A DNA stretch of 57,593 nt, filler included, from Dugesia japonica (taxonomy: Eukaryota): NCBI GenBank assembly GCA_001938525.1. It is 5 parts of 5 records of this genome, joined end to end, with 100 filler letters (N's around TTAATTAATTAA, not from the genome) between each part and the next. Parts side by side here need not be neighbours in the genome. Positions count along the whole stretch, not along the records: positions 41,164 to 57,593 come from MQRL01557826.1; 4 more parts are not named here. One strand, written 5' to 3'. How positions within the stretch are numbered: the stretch's first letter is position 1; each line of letters opens with the position of its first letter. Below, piece after piece: positions 49,301 through 57,593 of this stretch. The notes under the pieces are model-generated. The model saw only the letters and a list, made by a program, of their open reading frames with translations. It was not told the origin of the DNA and made no database searches. The position numbers were made by a program, and so were the translations under genes.

Positions 49301-51540
49301 ATGACTTGTATATTCGATATCTAGAAATTATGTATTTTTTTTTATAGAAATTATTTAAAAATGATTGACATCAAGTAATGGCTATACAGAAAAGTAGACC
49401 GGCTACTTATTTTCTCTCAAAAAAGTAAACTGGGAGTGAACGTGTTAATTATTGATTTGAATGCTATGATTAGAATTATGGATACCATAGCAACAGTCGC
49501 TCTGGAAATGCTGCAAAACATACACAGTCTGAGATTGAATATAGGCTTACCTATTATACAGAACAAATGACTCATATTTTGAAATTTATTGATAATAATA
49601 TAAGTTCTGCGAGTTTTGAACTTTTTGCTACATTTTCATGTAAATAAATTATATAATTTACTCCTCTGATAAATTTTAAAGTTTTTTGTTTTGTACGATT
49701 TATTTATATTAGTTTAAAAAATGTAATTAATAGTTAGTGAATTGAACCTTAATAATGTTGAAAAGTTAAAATAATTATTGAAAGTTTTTACTTTATTTGA
49801 ATTTTTATGATTCTTTATGTCTTTATAAATAGCGTTTAATATGGCCGACAATAAATCGTAAGAATCCTAGATTAAAAATAAGAAATCGATATTAAATTTA
49901 ATTATTAAGCTACTTGTTGTGCAACTTTTTGCCAACCAACCTTTCTGATTAAAGATTCAAGTTTCTTTGAATTTTCATTAATTTTCGAATTTGGATCATT
50001 AACACCTGATTATCGATTTTATTATTGATTCTTTAAAAGAATTTGAATAAAAATTTTTAATAAATAAATAATAAAAGTAGAAAAATAAAAATGGAAATTA
50101 TAATAAATAAATTTTTGTATAAAATTAAAATAATTTAAACAATTAAAATAAAATTTATTTACTTAAATATTTTATGGTAATTCATTAAAATAAAAGCTTC
50201 GATCAAAATGTTTTTTTTTATCATAATCCTAATTTTCGACTTTGTCTTCGTCAGGAATTCCCGAAAGTCAATTCCTGGCGAAGACAAAGTCGAAAATTAG
50301 GATTATTATCAAAAACAAAACAAATGTTGATGGGAGCTTTTATTTTATTGATTTCTGAAAAACAATCAATGGTTACGTTCAACAATTATTCTCGCAATAA
50401 TTTTAATTATAAAATTTTATGATAAATTTAAAATATTTTTGAAATTGAAACAAGGCGTCCAGAATTAATCAATAGGAAGGCATTGTGTTTTACCATGACA
50501 ACGTCAGACCACATGTGTCTTTATTGAATCTGCATAATTTGAGGAATCTTGATTGGAAGTTTTGTTGCATCCTCCGTATAGTCATGATATTGCACCGTCA
50601 GACTATCATTTGTTTTATTCATTGCAGAACTCACTTAATGATGCAAAATTGAATTCAAAAGATGACTATGAAAAGCGCTTATCTCGATTATTCATCGAAA
50701 AATTTTAGAAGTTCTACATTGACGGAATTCTAACTTTACCAAAAAATTATTCATATGTACTTTAATAAAGTTTTGAAATTGACTTCATATTTTTAAATTT
50801 TCATATTCACAAAATAATTTTAGACAACCCACTATAAAAATTAAAGTATAAATAAATAAAATTTATTTAAAATAAAAGATTCGATCAATAAAAAATTTTT
50901 TAGATTGATTTGATATTTCGACTTTGTCTTCGTCAGGAATTGACTTTTTCCTGACTAAGACAAAGTGAAAATATCGAATAAATCTCAAAAAAAAAATTTG
51001 ATCGAAGCTTTTATTTTAAATNAATTCTAAAAAACGATCAATGGTTACGTCCAACAATTATTCTCGCAATAATTCTATTTGTAATTGTAAAAATAAATTT
51101 ACATTTATATTAAAATTTCGCACAAAAATTTTTAATTTTTTTTATTAGCTATAAAGGAATTGAATTACGATGCATCATTTTAAACAAGAGTTATAGTATT
51201 AATAATTTTAAATATTACTATTAAGAAGATCAATGAGACTGTCCAATTTAGGATAAGAATTTTTCAAATCATATTTCAAGTTATCAAGTTGTTTTATAAA
51301 TGTATCATTGGATGCCAATAATTGGATAATTGAATTCATATAGCATTCTGCGGAACGATTATTCAATCCGGTAATTTCCTTGAGTGTTTCGGAGTTATTT
51401 TTTGTATCTCCATTAAAAATAAACTTTCCCAACTGCTTTATAATTTCATACAATCGATTTCTCAATCGCCTTATAAAATGATATAATAAATAGAGCAACT
51501 CTCTGGCCAAACCAAATAAAAATCTAAATATCCACAATAG
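46313..51540 (-). CDS. Ubiquitin-specific protease (peptidase C19), USP30-like; exons ~51540(or further 5')-51219, 46988-46584, 46499-46313; apparent 1-nt frameshift near 46955
   Basis: Hydrophobic N-terminus, Cys box GLNNRSAECYMNSIIQLL, PPNLLLLHIQANKWS, His box YKLTAIIHHMGNISGGHYVTYRK, WYLINDDQV, PYILLYE. Splice phases fit. Start codon not resolved. Confidence 0.8.
47045..47090 (-). ncRNA. Hammerhead motif in an inverted PLE pseudo-LTR
   Basis: CTGAAGA-T-GACAG(ATATATATA)CTGTC-GAAAC-TT-GT, with a 5-bp stem II, next to a PLE endonuclease remnant. Confidence 0.65.
47200..47710 (+). pseudogene. Penelope-like GIY-YIG endonuclease remnant
   Basis: NLIYKSECKGCIATYIGETSHL.KRIQEH. Confidence 0.8.
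49100..49350 (+). pseudogene. hAT (Tip100/ZMYM-type, TTF zinc finger region) transposase remnant
   Basis: NDPVNWRDLINSKFRKIIVE*GSQQ...YYQQKLPN...SRS*LVYS..RNYVFF. Confidence 0.55.
50181..50413 (+). mobile_element. Fold-back short retroelement with two inverted hammerhead motifs
   Basis: Minus-strand hammerhead 50225-50259: AATTC-CTGACGA-A-GAC(AAA)GTC-GAAA-AT-TA-GGATT. Plus-strand copy at 50270-50304. TSD ATTTTATG(G/A)TAA at 50169-50180 and 50414-50425. Confidence 0.82.
50445..50835 (+). mobile_element. Mariner 3' remnant (mellifera-like)
   Basis: RPELINRK.IVFYHDNVRPH, HPPYSHDIAPSDYHLFYSLQN. TIR-like end TAGACAACCCACTA|TA. Confidence 0.85.
50866..51090 (+). mobile_element. Fold-back short retroelement with two inverted hammerhead motifs
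   Basis: Minus arm ATTC-CTGACGA-A-GAC(AAA)GTC-GAAA-TA-TC; plus arm ...GAAAATATC-GAAT. Family tail present. Approximate TSD AAATAAA(A)TTTA. Confidence 0.78.
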
Positions 51541-51672
51541 AGCTGCAATAAAACAGATATAATTAATAATGTGATTGTAAAATACTAAAAAAGAAAATAT
51601 ATTCTCACAATAGGATCACTGATAAAATGATCTCTATCATTTTTGTAGTAATAATACTAATGTTTTATTATA

Positions 51673-52151
51673 CAGAGTGTTAATTAAACATGTGGCAAAA
51701 ATTTGAGGAATTATTCCTTGCCTTATTTTTTAAATAATTATATAGTAACATTTTTTTCTAGGTCATCTCGTTTCAAAGATACACACATTTAAAGATTTTA
51801 AAAACACAAANNNNNNNNNNNNNNNNNNNNNNNNNNNNNNNNNNNNNNNNNNNNNNNNNNNNNNNNNNNNNNNNNNNNNNNNNNNNNNNNNNNNNNNNNN
51901 NNNNNNNNNNNNNNNNNNNNNNNNNNNNNNNNNNNNNNNNNNNNNNNNNNNNNNNNNNNNNNNNNNNNNNNNNNNCATCAAAAAAATTATTTTAAAAGAT
52001 ATGAGAAAAAAAATCAAAAAAATCATTTGAAAAGATATAATGATAAAAATAATAAAAAAATCATTTTGAAAAGATTTAATGATATATTTATATGTATAAA
52101 CATCGAAGGAATAATCCCTTAAATTTTTGCCCATGTTTAACTAACACCCTG
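51673..52151. mobile_element. Tc1/mariner-type MITE
   Basis: ~47-bp TIRs CAG(A/G)GTGTTA.TTAAACATG.GGCAAAAATTT.AGG.ATTATTCCTT flanked by TA. Confidence 0.88.
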
Positions 52152-52989
52152 TATAGTACATATCCATAGTGGCCAAACTGCGGCTCTTCTGTGTATTCAA
52201 TGCCACTCTAGACAAAGCCAATGACATTTATTGGTCTGGCAAAAATTTAGTTTAAAAATTTTAATTAAAAAATACAACCCTTCGCCTACAAGAGTTACGA
52301 TTGTATTCGTTTTAATACCATGTATTTTTTGTTTATAAAATACGCGTAGATTTTTATACTAAATATTATTAAACAATTAAAACATTTATCTAATTGAATA
52401 GCTATTTTTCTGTACTAAGTATATTGGAAATATTCGGTATGTATATAAAGATTATAGAGTGTATAAACCCTTTCACCCCTATTGGGACAATATGTTTAGG
52501 AAAGCAGACACTAAGATTTAACATATAACAAACATACATTCATACAATAATACATAAAAAACAATCAACATAGAACATAACAAAGATCAACCAAAGAACA
52601 ATCAGAAGCCAAACAGAGTGATCAACTCAACAGAAGTATCCAAACAATTCAAATTTTAAAATTTATTAACTTACATTGATTTGAATTTTATCAACTTATA
52701 TTGAATTGACTGATCGAATTCCGTGTATAAATTTTTATTTTTGATTTTGTTGATGTATTTTAATATTTTTTTTCGATGTATTTATAAAATAATATATATG
52801 AATTTATCAGTATTCACAAAAATATTTACACTGAGATTATCAATTTTAATTTGGAATATCATCTCCGAAAATTTTATGTAATTTGTTGATTTGGTTAGTT
52901 TACGTGATTTATTATATGTAAAAATTTTTATTAATAATTATGAATACTAAAATATTTATTATAAATGTTAAAATCATAGCGCAATTCCA

Positions 52990-54130
52990 AAATTGGTTAA
53001 ATTTCCTAAGTAGCCTGGAGATGAGTATCGAATATCGAATGGGGGAACTACACAGTAATGCAGACATGGTGTCAAGACCAGAATGCGAGACTTGTGTACA
53101 ATGCCAAACCCAACACGAAGAAGCTAAACTAGAGAAACCTAGAACGCGGAGGCTGAATGTAGTAGAGAAGGACCTGGATAGCGAGACATAAGGAATGCCA
53201 GAGAAAGAAGACGAGGTGGCCATTTAGAAGACGCGTAGACTACTCACACACGTGGGTCCGGAAAAGGTGTTCCAATATATGAAAGAATCTAAAGAATCAA
53301 CTAAAGAATCTGAAGACAAAGATCAGACAAATTATAAGCACATGCCAGGTGTGTCAGAAACATAAAGTCTTGACTGTAAAAACCAAAGAAGAAACAGCGA
53401 AAGTACAAACCACAGAGCTCTTCACAGATATATATGTAGACCTATGCGGCCTATTCAAGGAGACGACGAGACAGATGAAGTATATTCTCGGAATAATAGA
53501 CCAATGTAGTAAGTACATGGTTTTGGTAGCAAACCGCTAGCAAGATGAGAACACAATCCAGAAAGTTATTTTGCATAATTAGCTACTCAAGTTTGGTTGC
53601 CCAATGCAAATTCACGTGGACTGTGGACAGTCTTTCGAATTGAAGGTAATGGACGAATTTTCCAAGAGATGGAACGTAGAATTATGTTTATCGAGACCGT
53701 ACCATCATAATACGAATGGGAAAATCGTGAGACAGTTCATGACAGTACGGGATTTGCTAAATGCAACATTAAAATACAGAAAGAGTACAGATCGGGCTGA
53801 ATTACTGCCAGAAATATAATTTGCATTGAATTCGATGTGGCAAAAATCTATAAATACCAGTCCAGCGGAATTTATCTTTGGAAAAAAATAGCAAGCGAAA
53901 ACTGGAACCAACAAGTAGCAGAGAAGACGGCACCAAAGACGACAACCAAAAGAACCCTCGAAGATGGAGAGGAAGTGTTAGTAAGGACCGAAAACAGGAA
54001 CGTTTTGAGGGGCCTTACCAGATAGTAAAAAAAGTACACGATCGAAGATACTTATTGAAGAGAGATGACGGGAGACAAATAGAAAGAAATGTGGAAAAGT
54101 TAAAGAAATTTTTTCGAAGGGGTTATGAGA
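52990..54130 (+). mobile_element. Ty3/gypsy pol remnant (end of RNase H, integrase, GPY/F)
   Basis: IEYRMGELHSNADMVSR, THVGPEK, CQVCQKHK, DIYVDLCG, IIDQCSKY, PYHHNTNGKI, RFEGPYQIVK. Purine tract at ~54116 followed by TG. Confidence 0.9.
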
Positions 54131-54689
54131 TATTATATAAATTGAAAATCAGAATTAAAATAAATGATATTAAATTAATGTTTAATATCGTTATTTCAAT
54201 ATTCAGTTTTTCAGATTAGTTATAATTTTGAATTAATAAATTTGAGGATTTGTCTTCGGATTTTAATCAAGTTAACAATCACTATATCTACAAATAAGTA
54301 TCAACTGGATTTCATCTTAAAATAAACTATAGAACTCACGTAAAATAGTTGATTTGCCTTTGCGAAATCCTAAAGGCATCTCAACAAATACGTCCCTGAA
54401 ACTTTCATCATGATCCTACTGGGATATTTTCAAAGCAATTTGCGGTGTTAGAGTTTATTTTCAGTGTTTCATTGTTCTAGGATATTCAGAAGCGCCACGA
54501 TTACAAAAATGAGAATATTTCAAATTTAGGTCAATATTAACCAGTTCCAATANATAAATTTAGCTTAGTGTCATCAGCGGAAAGTCAGTGCGAAAGGGTT
54601 AAGTGAATGTGATGGATTGAATATCGGTTTTAATGATAAGTGAAAATGAATCTAAATTTATTATCATCAAAATATTTCACGAGGGAAAA

Positions 54690-54970
54690 TTTTAATGATT
54701 TTAGATCCTTCCGAGAATTGTAGAACCAAACCTTTTATTAATCCATTCTTATATCGATCTTCACAAAATCTTTTAGGAGTATTATAAAGTCCTGTCTGTT
54801 GGTTTTTCATAATATTATAGTTGCAACACTGTCTACACACAAGAACATCTTCATCAAAATCTGAAATTGACTATAGAAGTTGAAAAAGAAGGTAAACTAC
54901 CATTCTCAGATGTTCTTGTTTGTAGACAGGGCTGCAACTATAATACTTCACTTTATAAAAAACCAACATA
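54690..54970. pseudogene. PLE RT C-terminal fragments in inverted arrangement
   Basis: Plus strand LTIEVEKEGKLPFSDVLVCRQGCNYNTSLYKKPT. An inverted copy of GATGTTCTTGT.TGTAGACAG..TGCAACTATAA lies at ~54815-54850. Confidence 0.7.
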
Positions 54971-56029
54971 TAAATTTTTAATAAAAAATAAATATTTTCT
55001 TAGTTATATAATACAACATAAATATCTAAAATCATTATTTAATTATTACATTTCATAATAGATTAATCGATCCACTATACATTTTATTATTTTTAGATTA
55101 TTGATTCATTATATATTGATTATTCATAATAATAATACTTTTACCCACCATATACAGGAAAAAAAATAATAATCAAACATATATAGACAATCTTCATCAA
55201 AGTCTAAATTACAAAATACTTTCAACTGAAAATAAATAAAAATGATAAATATTTTAAATACCTTTTAAAAGCTTGATGATTATTACAAATAAAGAATTAA
55301 GCAAAATGTTAGGAAATTAATATTTAAGCATATTAATTATTGAAACAAAATAAAAATATCAAATAATCACAAATAAAGTTATCAGTATTGGTTAACACAC
55401 ATGCAATGTAGTTGAATTTTCATTGGTGTTAAAATTAATCACGAAAAACCATAATTAAAGTGGTACTTGATGTAAACACAACATGTAAAAATTGATTCAT
55501 TTATAATTTATAATACTTGAAAATCAATTGATTATATACTTAGGTATAATTAATGAAGTATAACAGGCATATATATTTTAAAGCATATTGATTAAAAAAT
55601 ATATTTCCACTGTATTATGAACATCAATGATTGCCACTGCTTATCAATATTAATATATTTTATTAATATCATTCGTAGAAATAATTATAATCTTTTTATT
55701 TGATTTTTATTAATATAATAAGTAGATCTGGCACACGTATTTTCAATATTTTGTTATTGCAATACCATCGTTTGTTTTCCCATTGTATTCTATTATTCAA
55801 TAGTGTAAATATTTGCTAATAAATTTTACTTTAATTGAGAAATAATGAGTGTCAAGAAATTAAAAAAACCTATTGATTACAAAAGAAGAGATTGAAAAAA
55901 GGGAANNNNNNNNNNNNNNNNNNNNNNNNNNNNNNNNNNNNNNNNNNNNNNNNNNNNNNNTATTACTACTAAAGATAAAATTTGGGAAGGGAATATTGTT
56001 GTCATGAGCGCGGGTGTCAGAATCATGAA

Positions 56030-56200
56030 TTATTGCAGTGATCATGAATTGATCTATTTTTCTACGTGCTAAAAACAGTTTCATTTCTTTTGCACGATGT
56101 GTACTATCAGAATCCTATATAATTAGTACTTTTAATTTACTACGTAGAACCAGAGGAAACATTCGTTCGATCCATTTTCGAAGAATAGACTGTGGCCCCC
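56030..56200 (-). pseudogene. pogo/Tigger DDE_1 transposase remnant
   Basis: ILRKWIERMF...KVLII*DSDSTHRAKEMKLFL...IDQFMI. Confidence 0.55.
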
Positions 56201-57593
56201 AAGCTCTCTCATTGTTGGGATCTGAAAATAAGCATTACATACACTATATTACAAACATCATACACTCAAACTCATCATTCGAAACCCCACAAAACATTCG
56301 ATTAACATCTGATAAGAGCTTCAGTATCCAACATTCGACAATATCCATTCAAATCAACATTCTATGTCCAATTCAGAATACCATTTTATTTGTGATAAAA
56401 CATTTATTTTATTAAACAGTTTATTTTATTAATTCGGATAGTTGAACAATTTTTATTTATTTTATCATATGTGTAAATAAACAATCATTTTTATTTTAGT
56501 TTAGGATCATGCTCTATTTGACCTTATTAATATTTGGAAAATTTTCTCTATGTAAATAATATTAGAAAATTTTATATTTAACTGGATAGACAGTTTTCTT
56601 TTAAAATAATTGATTTGTTGGTGTGCGGATTATTTTTTCTGGAAAATTCTCTCACCCCCTAATAATTTTATGTAAATAATTGGTAATAAATGATTGATTT
56701 ATTGTGTGCAAAATGATATTGCATGGTTTGGTGTGTTTAAGAAAATCAGTATAAATTCTGATCGTTTTTAGTTATTTGTTAGACAAAAAGCTATCAGTTA
56801 GCATCCAACTTCTCTGGGCGGCATCGTTAACTTGATATAAAATAAGCTAATAAGGTTTTAGTGTTACAGTCATATTGTGTTATACACCGATAATTAAAGT
56901 ATTCTAAAGGTGATTGTTTTTTTTATATAAGGAAAAGCAAATACATATTACTCTATTTCTAATTTTCGAATAGCGATTTATTTTATATAGTACAGTAAAG
57001 ATTCAGAAAAAGAAACTACTTTGAAACAAAATTTGAAAAAAAGTTTCATTTTCTGTAAAAATTTTCTTTTTGTAAATTTGGTGTACAATTTCGGTCAATG
57101 TAGTCAAGATCTTACATTTGTCCTGAATTGTTAGTTTTGTTTTCTTTTACTCATAGTGGACCTAACAAACGCTATTTTTGAATATCTTTGATTAAAGTGT
57201 TTAAAATTAAATTACAAAGTACTTATTATATATGTAGCTTCCTTAACAGTAAAAAACCTCTTGTATAATAAATTTGATATAATTCAAAAGTTATTTAAAA
57301 TTTAGCAATATAAACGTTAGGATATAATATAATAAAAAACAAATATTTTCGAAGGTTCCTTTTCTTGAAGCAATTTCAATTACGTCTGAACAAAAGTTCC
57401 TTCTTACGTTAATTAATTTTTTGAAAAGTTTCTTTTTGCGAAGTTGTTTTATTTGAATCTCTACTGTATTTATATTGACATCAACACCCATATATATAAT
57501 AGTTAAAACAGACGAACCATAAAAATTACTTTGTTGCGAAGATATACCTAACAAATTTGGTGCCGCGAACCTGGAATCAAAATAATAAAAAGT

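Noticed and set aside
57291-57575. DIRS-like RT fragment (minus) or PBS-like TGGTGCCGCGAACC (plus, ~57558)
   Set aside because: Two conflicting weak readings at the window edge; neither is supportable.

Overview
Very AT-rich eukaryotic (animal) genomic DNA, not prokaryotic. The 46-bp introns, (AAT)n microsatellites and transposon content resemble a flatworm such as a planarian; this is an inference and cannot be proven from the window. The window is at least five contigs joined by artificial 100-bp N44-TTAATTAATTAA-N44 linkers, so adjacency across linkers is uncertain. Host genes, all on the minus strand: three internal exons of a KDM3/JMJD1-family histone demethylase, a complete divergent beta-tubulin (three introns of exactly 46 bp, short tail ending -EEY), and a USP30-like deubiquitinase. 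The rest is mostly degraded mobile DNA: mariner, pogo, hAT, Ty3/gypsy, Penelope-like (PLE) and LINE fragments, plus a decayed Polinton/Maverick (ATPase, capsids, pPolB) lying near a viral-type TBP-like ORF. Three things stand out. (1) Five short fold-back insertions share a common tail, have 11-12 bp TSDs and carry minimal hammerhead-ribozyme cores with covarying stems. (2) A ~9 kb co-oriented, intronless, GC-richer gene array (31.5-40.4 kb) encodes coiled-coil proteins, an IAP-type RING and a possible RT remnant, and one of its genes has a synonymously diverged homolog at 45.5-45.8 kb. (3) The TBP-like ORF near the Polinton remnant. All family assignments come from motif recognition by eye; no database searches were run.
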